The notes beneath the pieces are model-generated. The model saw only the letters and a list, made by a program, of their open reading frames with translations. It made no database searches and had not been told where the DNA came from. A stretch of 64,000 nucleotides of DNA. Source: Candidatus Latescibacterota bacterium. Its GTDB lineage: Bacteria > Latescibacterota > UBA2968 > UBA8231. The DNA lies in NCBI GenBank assembly GCA_965223905.1, contig CBDCXV010000001.1, positions 352,001-416,000 on the forward strand. The letters are read 5' to 3'. Position numbers and translations under genes: made by a program. This document shows, one piece after another, positions 41,869 through 51,291 of this stretch (positions within the stretch are counted from its first letter, which is position 1; every line of letters starts with the position of its first letter).

Positions 41869-43011
41869 ATGGATGTCTGCATAGCAGGGGCGGGAATCTT
41901 CGGCATGGCCGCGGCGCTCGAGCTGCGCGAGCGCGGCCACGAGGTGACCCTGATCGAGCGCGGTGAAATCCCCAATCCTGAGGCGTCGAGCACCGATGTC
42001 TCCAAGGTGATCCGGCGCACCAACTACCCGAACGAGATTTACGTCGAGCTGGTGACGCGGGCCGCGGCGCAGTGGCGGGAATGGCACGAGCGCACCAGCC
42101 GCTCGATCTACTTCCAGACCGGCAAGCTGATCGCGGTGCACGGATTCGGACCGGAGCACGAGGCGCTGGCCGGCTGGGAGACGCTGAGCCGGTTGGGCAA
42201 GGATGTAACCGAGTTGACCGCCAAAGAGGTGAACCGGCGGTTTCCCCAGTTCACCGTCAGCGACGAGGACCGGCTGTTCCACGATCCCTGGGCCGGGTAC
42301 CTGCGCAGCGGTCAGGCGCTGGCCGACCTCGCCGGGCTGGCCCGTGACTCGGGGGTGGCGATCTTGGAGAACACCCAGGTGACGGCCGTCGAAGAGACCG
42401 CATCCGGCGCCAGGATAAGGTGGGACACCGGATCGCATGACTGCGACCGCGCGGTGGTAGCTGCCGGCCCATGGGTGGGGAAGCTGCTGCCGGCGATGGC
42501 GACCCGGGTGCGGATTACGCGGCAGCAGATGGCCTTCTTCCACCCGAAGCATCCGGCCCCCTTCGAGCGCGGCCGCTTTCCGGTGTGGTCGATCCTGTCG
42601 CCCGGCAACCTCTGGTACGGATTCCCCTACCTGCACGAGGGGTTCGTCAAGGTGGCCGAGGACAGCAAGGTGGCCGACACCACGGTCGATGTCTCGCGCG
42701 AGCCGACGCCGGCGTTTCTCGCCTGGGCCCGCGACTTCGTCGCCGCTCGCATCCCCGCCCTCGACGGCGCCGCGCCGGCCGGCGGCCGTTCCTGTCTCTA
42801 CACCAACATGGCCGACATGGAGGACGAGGAGTTCGTCATCGACTGGGCCCCGGGGTGTGAGAGGGTGCTGATCGCCGGCTGCGGCTGCGGCCATGGCTTC
42901 AAGTTCGGCGGCTCCATCGGTCCGGTGATCGCCGACGCCCTGGAAGACAAGGAGAACCGCTTGGGAGACCTGTTCAGGATCGGAACGAGATTCGAGAAAG
43001 GAGCCGACTGA
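41869..43011 (+). CDS. FAD-dependent oxidoreductase (sarcosine/fructosyl-amine oxidase-like)
   Basis: GAGIFG, SSTDVSKVIR, SCLYT, GHGFKFG. Confidence 0.87.
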   Translation: MDVCIAGAGIFGMAAALELRERGHEVTLIERGEIPNPEASSTDVSKVIRRTNYPNEIYVELVTRAAAQWREWHERTSRSIYFQTGKLIAVHGFGPEHEALAGWETLSRLGKDVTELTAKEVNRRFPQFTVSDEDRLFHDPWAGYLRSGQALADLAGLARDSGVAILENTQVTAVEETASGARIRWDTGSHDCDRAVVAAGPWVGKLLPAMATRVRITRQQMAFFHPKHPAPFERGRFPVWSILSPGNLWYGFPYLHEGFVKVAEDSKVADTTVDVSREPTPAFLAWARDFVAARIPALDGAAPAGGRSCLYTNMADMEDEEFVIDWAPGCERVLIAGCGCGHGFKFGGSIGPVIADALEDKENRLGDLFRIGTRFEKGAD

Positions 43012-44018
43012 TGGCGAGCGAAGCGAGGCGAATCTACGACGAGGCGATCGTCATCGACGGTCTCAACGTCAGCAACTGGGAGAGCGACGCCGTGTTCGAG
43101 CGTCTGCGGGCCGGCAACATCACCGCCATCAACGCCACCGTGGCAACGTGGGAAAACTTCCTGCAGACCATGGCTCATCTTTCGGTGTGGATGCGGCGCT
43201 TTCGCGAGCGCGACGACATCCTGCAGGTGAAGGAGACGGCCGACATCCGCACCGCCAAGAAGCTCGGCAAAACCGGGATCATCCTCGGTTTCCAGAACGC
43301 CTCGCCGATAGAGAACGACCTCGACCGCCTCGGGCTGTTCCTGGCCCTCGGGGTGCGGGTGATCCAGGTCACCTACCACGAGACCAATCTGCTCGGCAGC
43401 GGCTGCTGGGAGCGGAACGACGCCGGCCTGAGCAACTTCGGAGTCGACGCGGTGCGCGAAATGAACCGGCTCGGCATCGTCATCGACCTGTCGCACGTCG
43501 GCCCGAAGACGACGCTGGACGCCATCGAGGTCTCCGAGCAGCCGGTCGCCATCACCCATGCAAACGCGCGCAGCTTCTGCGGCCACCGGCGCAACAAGGA
43601 GGAAGAGGCGCTCCTCGCCCTGGCCGAAAAGGGGGGCGTCGTCGGCGCCACGTCTTTCGCCAACTTCCTTCCCAAGGCATTCGACTCGACGGTCGAGGAT
43701 TTCGTCGATGCCGTCGACGACATGGTGGAGCGGATCGGTATCGACCACGTGGCCATCGGCACCGACTCCACCCACGATCAGCCCCTGGAGTTCTGGCACT
43801 ACATCTCCTCGCAACAGGGCACGAAGTTCCCCTCGACCTTTGCCGACGGCTCGATCCCGTACACGGAGCTGAGCTTTCAGCCGAAGGGCATCGACAGCCC
43901 GGCGGAGTTTCCCAACCTCGCCGATGCGCTGGCAAACCGGGGGTACAGCGGCGAGGATATCACCAAGCTGCTGGGCGGGAACTGGATGAACCTTTTCGAG
44001 CGGGTCTGGAACCCGTGA
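43011..44018 (+). CDS. membrane dipeptidase (peptidase M19)
   Basis: IDGL, GFQN, MNRLGIVIDLSHVG, THAN, RNK, IGTD. Confidence 0.9.
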   Translation: MASEARRIYDEAIVIDGLNVSNWESDAVFERLRAGNITAINATVATWENFLQTMAHLSVWMRRFRERDDILQVKETADIRTAKKLGKTGIILGFQNASPIENDLDRLGLFLALGVRVIQVTYHETNLLGSGCWERNDAGLSNFGVDAVREMNRLGIVIDLSHVGPKTTLDAIEVSEQPVAITHANARSFCGHRRNKEEEALLALAEKGGVVGATSFANFLPKAFDSTVEDFVDAVDDMVERIGIDHVAIGTDSTHDQPLEFWHYISSQQGTKFPSTFADGSIPYTELSFQPKGIDSPAEFPNLADALANRGYSGEDITKLLGGNWMNLFERVWNP

Positions 44019-44027
44019 GGGAAGGGC

Positions 44028-45410
44028 CTACAGCCTGAGGATCAGCTTTTCCGCGGCGAGCGCGAGAACGGTCTTTTCGAAGGCGGCCGCCGCTTCCTCG
44101 AGATCGCGGTCGCTGTGGGCCGACGAGACCACGCCCCCCGTGGAGCTCATGTTGTCGACGCCGTTGTGCCGCAGACGGCGCTGGTAGCTGTTGATCAGCT
44201 CTCCCGGCATCCCCTTCAGCTTGCTCGGATCGCTGGTGCGCAGGTCGCCTCGCTGCCCCGCGGCGGCGGCAACCGCGGCGTCGGTCTCGAAGAAGACGTG
44301 GAAGGTCGAGCTGATGCCGTAGACGTAGCCGGCGATGGCGTGGCGCTCGAGGACTTCCTCGAACCCGCCCCGCAGCCGCGCCGCCAGGGCGTCCGCCTTT
44401 TTCGTCGGTTCGCCGGTCGCCACCTGTTGCAGACAGGCGACGCCCGCCGCGGCGGACAGCGGCGAGGCGTTGAAGGTGCCGAAGTGGACGACGCGCCGGT
44501 GGCGGTCGCGCTCGGCGTCCCCGGTGAAATCGAACAGCGACATGATCTCCTCGCGGCCGGTCACCGCCCCCCCAGGCATCCCTCCGGCGAGGATTTTGGC
44601 GAAGCAGGACATGTCCGGGGTTATCCCGTAGTACTGCTCGGCGCCCCCCGGTGCGAGACGGAAACCGGTGACCACTTCATCGAAAATCAGCAGCACGTCC
44701 CGTTTCGCCGTCAGGGCGCGCAGACCGTGGAGAAACTCCGGCTCGGTGGGGATGCGCCCCCACGAGGCCCCCGACGGCTCGACGATGGCCGCGGCGATGT
44801 CGCCATCCTCTGCCAGAATCTCGTCGATTCGGTCGATATCGTTGGCAGGCGCGGTGACGAAGCTTTTCCAGACCTCCGGCGGCACTCCGAGAGAGCCGTC
44901 GGCGTCGAACGGCGGCTGGAAGCCGTGAACGACGCCGTCGTGCCAGCCGTGGAAGTGGCCCTCGAAGCGGAGCACCTTGTTCCTCCCGGTGAAGGCCCTG
45001 GCGAGGCGCAGGGCGAGCAGCGTCGCTTCCGTACCGGAGTTGACGAACCGCACCTTGTCGGCCGAGGGGACGAGCTGCTTGACGATTTCGCCCCACTCCA
45101 CGTGCAGGGGGTGGTCGTTGCCGAAGTGGGTGCCGTCGGCGAGGGCGCGCTGAATCGCCTCGACGACGGCCTGAGGCGAATGCCCCAGAAGCAGGGCCCC
45201 GTTGCCCAACAGGAAATCGACGTACTCGTTGCCGTCGACGTCCCACTTGCGGGCCCCCTGGCCCCGCGTGACGTACATGGGAACCGGTTCGAAATGGCGG
45301 ACGTCGTGGCCGACCGCGCCTCCCAGTGCGTCGACCGCGCGCGCGTACAGGACCGCCGACTGCCTCCGCGCCTCGGAGTAGGTCTGAAGGAAGTCGCCGG
45401 ATGGTGACAT
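44028..45410 (-). CDS. class III PLP aminotransferase (glutamate-1-semialdehyde aminomutase-like)
   Basis: WDVDGNEYVD, NSGTEA, FEGHFHG, IFDEVVTGFR, AKILAGG, GTFN. Confidence 0.9.
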   Translation of the reverse strand: MSPSGDFLQTYSEARRQSAVLYARAVDALGGAVGHDVRHFEPVPMYVTRGQGARKWDVDGNEYVDFLLGNGALLLGHSPQAVVEAIQRALADGTHFGNDHPLHVEWGEIVKQLVPSADKVRFVNSGTEATLLALRLARAFTGRNKVLRFEGHFHGWHDGVVHGFQPPFDADGSLGVPPEVWKSFVTAPANDIDRIDEILAEDGDIAAAIVEPSGASWGRIPTEPEFLHGLRALTAKRDVLLIFDEVVTGFRLAPGGAEQYYGITPDMSCFAKILAGGMPGGAVTGREEIMSLFDFTGDAERDRHRRVVHFGTFNASPLSAAAGVACLQQVATGEPTKKADALAARLRGGFEEVLERHAIAGYVYGISSTFHVFFETDAAVAAAAGQRGDLRTSDPSKLKGMPGELINSYQRRLRHNGVDNMSSTGGVVSSAHSDRDLEEAAAAFEKTVLALAAEKLILRL

Positions 45411-45849
45411 GGTATCTCCAGGAATGGGGGAACCGCGTGCAGTAGCTGAACCAAATAACAGCAGCGGACTTTGCCGGACAACGCGAGATCCGCATACGGA
45501 TCGAGTGCGCCCGCATTCCCGCCGCCGGCCGGGGTCCTTCCTGGGGCTGACAGCGCCGGGAACGGGCAGAAGCAGTTATGCAGCCAAACCGCACTTATGG
45601 AGATTGAGGGAATGAATCGCACGGATAATCTGGTTTGGATCGAACCGCGATTTCCTCTCAAGGATGCGTCGGCGTCCGATCCAAGCGGAATTGCGCGCGC
45701 GGGCAGTTAGGTCCTGCAGGCCGGATGGGTCCTCCGATGGGGCGAGCAGTTGCTGGAGCGGCACCTTGCGGGGCGGATGGTGATTGCGCTTCCCGAGGAC
45801 GAGTTTCTGTTGCCGAGGTTCAACTCCATCAAGTGGTGAACCAGAGATC

Positions 45850-46734
45850 ATGGATGGTCCGTCGCCTGAAGATGTCGCTCGCATAGGCGTTCTGACCGGC
45901 CGGCGGCCTACCGGCTTTCGCCGCGCGGCCGGAGGCTACACCGCGGCCGCGCGCTGGGTGGTGGACCTGGAGGGCGCCACCGCGGCGTTCGCCAAGATCG
46001 GCGTCGATAGATTGACGGCGAGGTGGCTGCGAGAGGAACACAGAGTGTACTCCGCCCTCGACGGCGACTTCATGCCGGAGTTGCTCGGGTGGGACGAGGG
46101 CGAACGGCCGCTGCTGTTGCTGGAGGACCTGAGCGGCTGCTTCTGGCCGCCGCCATGGGATGCCGGGAGAGTCGACCAGGTCCTCGAAGCGCTCGCGCGC
46201 CTGCGAGCAGTAGGTCACCGCGGCCTTCTCTCGCCCCTGGACGCTGCCGATTCGGGTCTTGCGGGATGTTGGCAGAGCGTGGCAGAGGAACCTGGCCCGT
46301 TCCTGTCTCTCGGTTTGGCGACCGCGCGCTGGCTGCGGGACAGCGCCCCGGTACTCGCCGCGGCCGCAGACGGGGCGGTGATCGAAGGCCCTTTCCCCAC
46401 CCACCTGGACGTGCGCAGCGACAATGTCTGCTTCCGCGACGGGCGGGCGGTCATGGTGGACTGGAACCACGCCGTTCTCGCCCACCCGGATCTGGACATC
46501 GCCGGATGGGCGCCGAGTCTGCACGCCGAGGGGGGACCGGCTCCGGAAGAGATCCTGCCCGGCCGCGGGCAAATGGCCGCGGTGATCAGCGGCTACTTCG
46601 CCAAGCGGGCAGGCATGTCGATCATCCCTGCGGCGCCGCGCGTGCGCGAGGTGCAGCGGCAGCAGCTCCGCACGTCGCTGCCCTGGGCGGTGCGCGAGCT
46701 GGGACTGCCGCCGCTCGATGGTCCGGCGGTGTGA
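45850..46734 (+). CDS. aminoglycoside phosphotransferase-like kinase
   Basis: FAK, LLLEDL, HLDVRSDN, VDW. Confidence 0.82.
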   Translation: MDGPSPEDVARIGVLTGRRPTGFRRAAGGYTAAARWVVDLEGATAAFAKIGVDRLTARWLREEHRVYSALDGDFMPELLGWDEGERPLLLLEDLSGCFWPPPWDAGRVDQVLEALARLRAVGHRGLLSPLDAADSGLAGCWQSVAEEPGPFLSLGLATARWLRDSAPVLAAAADGAVIEGPFPTHLDVRSDNVCFRDGRAVMVDWNHAVLAHPDLDIAGWAPSLHAEGGPAPEEILPGRGQMAAVISGYFAKRAGMSIIPAAPRVREVQRQQLRTSLPWAVRELGLPPLDGPAV

Positions 46735-46802
46735 GCCGTGTGCGCGCAGAGCCGCTGAACGGATGTCTCCGAGGTCCGGACTGACGCTCGGGGAAGGGTC
46801 GC

Positions 46803-47570
46803 CTACTTCGTTTCCTCTGTCGGTTTTTCCTGGGGTGTTTCTTCGTTCGCCGTTTTTTCGGGAGCTGAGATTTCAGCAGTCGGTTTTTCGAGCGTCGGTC
46901 CAGGTGAGGCCTTTTCGGCCGGTATTTCTTCGCTCACCGTTTTTTCAGGTGCGGCCTTTTTCGAGGGCGTCGTTTCCACCTGGGCTTTTTCTGAAGCGGC
47001 AGTTGTTTTTTCAGGTACAGGCGTGCCGGTTGCCTTTTCCTCTTTCGGTTTTTCAGGGGATGCCATTTCGGCCGCTGTTTTTTCGGAGGTTGCCTTTTCA
47101 GCGGATGGTGGTTCGCTCACCGTTTTTTCAGGGGCGGTCTTTTCGGAAGGCGTTGTTTCGCCCGGGAGTTTATCTGGAGCGGCGGTCTTTTCGGCTTTCG
47201 TTTTTTGAGGAGCCGGTTTTTCAACCGCTTTGGGTGGTTTTGGGGCCTTTTTCGCCGCCGCCGGCTTGGCGGGTTCCATGGGTTTCTTGGCCTGGGCTTT
47301 TTTGGCCGCAGTTTTGGGTTTTTTCAGGTGCTTGCTCACCAGGGTAGCGACCTGAAAGATGTTGACCTGTTTCTTGCCCCCCAGCACCTGCTGAAGAACC
47401 TTGTCGGCATTGATCATGCGCCGGTCCGTGTCCTGCAGGCTGCGCTCGTTGATGTAGTCCCAGAATTTGCGGATGATCTCCCCGCGAGTCCGGGGAGTAC
47501 CGCCGACGATTGCGGCGAGCTTCTTGTCGGGCTCAAGTATCTGGGTGGAAACTTTCTTGAAGTCCATCAT
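46803..47570 (-). CDS. SWIB/MDM2-domain protein with a long low-complexity K/E/A/P/T tail
   Basis: LAAIVG..RGEIIRKFWDYI..LQD..RRMINAD..L..V.GGKKQV..F..VSKHL; AGGAGG RBS. Confidence 0.87.
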   Translation of the reverse strand: MMDFKKVSTQILEPDKKLAAIVGGTPRTRGEIIRKFWDYINERSLQDTDRRMINADKVLQQVLGGKKQVNIFQVATLVSKHLKKPKTAAKKAQAKKPMEPAKPAAAKKAPKPPKAVEKPAPQKTKAEKTAAPDKLPGETTPSEKTAPEKTVSEPPSAEKATSEKTAAEMASPEKPKEEKATGTPVPEKTTAASEKAQVETTPSKKAAPEKTVSEEIPAEKASPGPTLEKPTAEISAPEKTANEETPQEKPTEETK

Positions 47571-47710
47571 CTACCTCCTGGGGCGAATCTGCGGAGAATG
47601 TTGCGGGAGAATGTTGCGCAGGTATGGTTCGAAATCACTTGCGGCCGCTCAAGGGTATTGGTGAGGTGCAGTTTGCGCAAATACCGGATAAACAGCCGGA
47701 TAGGCAGGCG

Positions 47711-48940
47711 ATGAAAACTCTGGCGCATGCGGATTTCCCACGGCGGGAGTACGTCGCGAGATACACGCGCATGCAGGAAGCCCTGAAGCGGCGCGGGCTG
47801 GACGGCCTGCTTCTCACCGGGCGGTCCAACCTGCGCTACTTCGCCGGACTCCGGGACGGCGCCTGGGACGCCCACCACTTCTACTTCCCGGCGGTCCTGC
47901 CCGCGGAAGGCGAGCCGGTGTTGATGGCGTCCGACGGCTTTCAGCACCTGGTGAAGCAGTGCTGGATCGAGGACGTGCGGCACTGGCCGCTGTCCAGGGA
48001 GTTCTACATGTCGAGGGAGTTCGCGGGGACGCCCCTGATCCTGGAGGTGCTGCGCGAAAAAGCCCTGGACCGCGGCGTTCTCGGCATGGAGCTGAGCTCC
48101 GACATGCAGCCGCACATGGGCCACGAGCATTTCGCCGGAATTCTGGCCGGACTTCCGCGGGCGCGCGTCGTCGATGGCAGCGACGCGGTCTGGTCGATCC
48201 GCAGCGTCAAGTCGGAGGCCGAGATCTCGCGTCTACGCAAGGCAGCCGAGATTTCCGCAAAAGGAGTGAAGGCCGGTTTCGAACGGCTGCAGGCGGGAAT
48301 GACCGAAAAGCAGGTGGCCGACGTGATGACCTCGGCCATGTGCGCCGCCGGGGCCAGCGAGCAGCGCTTCAACGCTCTCTATGCCGGCCCGCGCGCCATG
48401 TGGGCCGACGGCATGCCGACCGACTACGCCATACAGCCCGGCGACCTCGTGCAGTTCGACGGCGGCTGCGTGTACGAGGGCTACTGGTGCGATTTCAAAA
48501 GGATGGCGGCCGTGGGCGAGCCGCGGGCGGATCAGCGCCGCCACTTCGATCTTGCCCGCACGGGCCTGGAAGCGGCCGTCGAATGGGTGCAACCGGGTGT
48601 CGAGATCGCCGCCCTCCTGCACGCGGCTTTCGCCGTCAACAACCGCGCCGGGTACCGCCCCTTTTCCGAGTGGTGCCTGCGATCGGGTTGGGCGGCGATC
48701 GGGCACGGGCTCGGCCTCGACCTGCACGAGCAGCCGGGACTGTCCGCAACAAACACCGAGCTCCTGGAGGAGAACATGGTGCTCTGCGTGGAGCCGTTCA
48801 TAACCCTCGACGGCGTGTTCCCTTTCTGGGAGGCGAGCGAGAAGTTCGGCCTCGAAGACGTCATTCTGGTGACCTCCGCCGGGGCCGAGGTGCTGACCTC
48901 CGAGGAGGCGGTCACGCGGGATCTTTGGGTGACCGGATGA
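47711..48940 (+). CDS. Xaa-Pro peptidase (M24) family protein
   Basis: creatinase-like N-terminus NLRYFAG, RSVKSEAEI, DGG..GYWCD, GHGLGLDLHE, VEP, LED. Confidence 0.88.
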   Translation: MKTLAHADFPRREYVARYTRMQEALKRRGLDGLLLTGRSNLRYFAGLRDGAWDAHHFYFPAVLPAEGEPVLMASDGFQHLVKQCWIEDVRHWPLSREFYMSREFAGTPLILEVLREKALDRGVLGMELSSDMQPHMGHEHFAGILAGLPRARVVDGSDAVWSIRSVKSEAEISRLRKAAEISAKGVKAGFERLQAGMTEKQVADVMTSAMCAAGASEQRFNALYAGPRAMWADGMPTDYAIQPGDLVQFDGGCVYEGYWCDFKRMAAVGEPRADQRRHFDLARTGLEAAVEWVQPGVEIAALLHAAFAVNNRAGYRPFSEWCLRSGWAAIGHGLGLDLHEQPGLSATNTELLEENMVLCVEPFITLDGVFPFWEASEKFGLEDVILVTSAGAEVLTSEEAVTRDLWVTG

Positions 48941-49311
48941 AGCGCCGGCAGCGCAATGCGTCGCTGGTCTATTCGACCGAACACGGCCGCGTCTGTCCCG
49001 GGTGCGGCCGGCCGGCCGCCGAGTGCAGATGCACCGGCCAGGCCCCAGGGAACCCGAAGGCGTCGAAAGGGGGCGGCGTGGTCCGTGTCGGGCGCGAGAC
49101 CAAGGGACGCAAGGGGAAGGGGGTGACCGTCGTCACCGGCCTTCCCCTCGGGACCGGGGAGCTGCAGGAACTGGCGAAGCGTCTCAAGGCCTGCTGCGGA
49201 GCCGGCGGTACGGTCAAGGACGGGGTGATCGAGATTCAGGGAGAGCACCGCGACGCCGTGGTGCGCGCCCTCGAAGCGGAGGGAATTGCCGCCAGGAGGG
49301 CCGGCGGTTGA
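48937..49311 (+). CDS. yciH: SUI1-family translation factor
   Basis: LVYST, CPGC, RETKGRKGKGVT, CGAGGTVKDGVIEIQG. Confidence 0.9.
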   Translation: MKRRQRNASLVYSTEHGRVCPGCGRPAAECRCTGQAPGNPKASKGGGVVRVGRETKGRKGKGVTVVTGLPLGTGELQELAKRLKACCGAGGTVKDGVIEIQGEHRDAVVRALEAEGIAARRAGG

Positions 49312-49372
49312 GTGGGCGGCCGCGCCCACCTTCAGATGCCGGGGGGGCGGTCGGCCGCGGTCACTAATCGAC

Positions 49373-50296
49373 TCAGGGAGAACCGGAGCCAGGGACGTCG
49401 ACGTCGACGGCGCGGATGCGTCCGTCGCCCGGAAAGCGCTCCTGTCCCAACACCTTCGACTCGCACAGGAACAGCGTTCTCATCTCCGGGCCTCCGAGCG
49501 TACAGGCGTAGGCGCTGTACCCCTCGACGTCGATGCGGTCTGCGATCTCACCTCCTTCCCGGACTCGCACGTATCCCCCCGGGCCGCCGTATTCGAAGTA
49601 GCAGAGGGCAACCCACAGGCATCCCTCCTCATCCATGCAGATGCCGTCAGGCGGAGCGCCGAGGTCCGCCCAGGGCCGGCGGTTGACGAGCGAGCCGGCG
49701 GCGTCGATGTCGAAGGCGGTGAGGCGGAAGCCTATCGACTCGGCGAAGATGAGGGTCTTGCCGTCCGGGGTGATGCAGGCGCCGTTGGGGCAGGTCACGC
49801 GGTCGGCGACGATGCGGGATTCGAAGCGGTCCCCGTCCTGCCCGACGAGGACGACGGACCCGAACCCCTGCATGTTGCCGGGGTTGGGTATCTTCGACTC
49901 GTCCCAGCCGCCCGCGGGGCTGCCGATGTAGGCGCCCCCCCCGGCGTCGACCACCATGTCGTTGCAGAGGTTGCCTGTGACCGCCATCATGTCGGCGACC
50001 TCCTCCAGCCCGCCGCCGCGCACCGCCATCAGCCTGCCGTCCATGACCGAGACGACCACCAGGGTGCCGTCCGGGAGCCACCCGAGGCCGGAGGGCATCC
50101 CGGGAACCTCGGCGATCTCCTCGAGGCTTCCGTCGAGGCCGAGGCTCATCACCTTTTTTCCGAGGATGTCGGAGTAGAACAGCCGGCCTTCGCCGGCGCT
50201 GTCGGCGGCGGCGGGGGGCAGCATGTCCGCGGTGCGCCAGCGGGGTCCTTCGGGAAAGAACAGGCCGTCAGCGAGTATTTCGGGGGTTCTGGTCAC
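49373..50296 (-). CDS. SMP-30/gluconolactonase/LRE family protein
   Basis: FPEGPRW, PSGLGWLPDG, NDMVVD, PNG, PDGICMD; AGGAG before GTG. Confidence 0.88.
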   Translation of the reverse strand: MTRTPEILADGLFFPEGPRWRTADMLPPAAADSAGEGRLFYSDILGKKVMSLGLDGSLEEIAEVPGMPSGLGWLPDGTLVVVSVMDGRLMAVRGGGLEEVADMMAVTGNLCNDMVVDAGGGAYIGSPAGGWDESKIPNPGNMQGFGSVVLVGQDGDRFESRIVADRVTCPNGACITPDGKTLIFAESIGFRLTAFDIDAAGSLVNRRPWADLGAPPDGICMDEEGCLWVALCYFEYGGPGGYVRVREGGEIADRIDVEGYSAYACTLGGPEMRTLFLCESKVLGQERFPGDGRIRAVDVDVPGSGSP

Positions 50297-50393
50297 AATT
50301 TGTCTCCTGTTTAGTGCGATTGAGATCTCTGCGGGTGCGTATATTTTCGGGAAAACGTGAGGGCGTAGCGACAATTTAACCGCGAGAGAAGAG

Positions 50394-51284
50394 ATGAGCC
50401 TGGCCCTTGAACAGCTGGCGGAATACGACGACCGGGGCGTTGTGGTCGCCCGGGGGATCCTCGAACAGGAGGACCTGCAGCCGGTCATCGACGAGATCGG
50501 CGAGTTCATCGATTCCAGGGCGAAAGAGCTGCATATCGCCGGCAAGATCGAGCACTTGTACGAAGAGGAGCCGTTCGACCGACGCTTCGGCCTGCTGGCG
50601 CGGCAGTGCGGGGAGATCGCACAGGGCATGGATATCATGCACCACCGCGGTCCGGCGATGTTCGAGTTTCTGTTCAACGACAACCTTCTCGACGCCGTCG
50701 AATCGATCGTCGGACCGGAGATCACCTGCAGCCCGATCCAGCACATTCGCCCCAAGCCGCCGGCCTCCGAGGATGGGGAGGGAACCGACGGCTTCAACGC
50801 GGTTCCCTGGCACCAGGACGCCGGCGTTATGATGGAGGAGGCGGAGGGGACCAACATCGTCACCTGCTGGCTGCCCCTGGGAGATTCGACCAGGGAGATG
50901 GGATGCCTGCAGGCGCTGCCCGGGGTCAACAAGATCGGCTACGTCAAGCACCAGGCCGCAGGCGGAACCACGGTCGCCCCCGGCCAGATCTCCCAAATGG
51001 ATCCGGTCGACCTCGAATGCCGCCGCGGCGACGTCATCTTCATGCACCGTTTCATCCCCCACCGCTCGATGCCCAACCGCTCCGACCGCTGCCGCTGGTC
51101 GATGGATCTGCGCTACCAGACCAGAGGGCAGCACACCGGTCGTACCGGACACCCGGCGTTCGTCGTGCGCAACGCATCCGACCCCGGCAGCGTGCAGCGG
51201 GATTACGACGGGTGGTGCGAGCGCTGGGTGGACGCCTTCGAGAACCCCAGAGGGTTCGTCGGCCATCGCCGCGACGTAGAGTAG
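50394..51284 (+). CDS. PhyH family dioxygenase
   Basis: PWHQDAG, WLPL, HRSMPN, RWSMDLRY. Confidence 0.88.
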   Translation: MSLALEQLAEYDDRGVVVARGILEQEDLQPVIDEIGEFIDSRAKELHIAGKIEHLYEEEPFDRRFGLLARQCGEIAQGMDIMHHRGPAMFEFLFNDNLLDAVESIVGPEITCSPIQHIRPKPPASEDGEGTDGFNAVPWHQDAGVMMEEAEGTNIVTCWLPLGDSTREMGCLQALPGVNKIGYVKHQAAGGTTVAPGQISQMDPVDLECRRGDVIFMHRFIPHRSMPNRSDRCRWSMDLRYQTRGQHTGRTGHPAFVVRNASDPGSVQRDYDGWCERWVDAFENPRGFVGHRRDVE

Positions 51285-51291
51285 CACTTGT

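Noticed and set aside
44028-45410. Assigning gene symbol hemL
   Set aside because: GSA-like family is clear, but the N-terminal GGVNSPVR motif is divergent and there is no heme gene context
45411-45849. ncRNA or small gene in the divergent intergenic region
   Set aside because: No recognisable RNA motif or supported ORF
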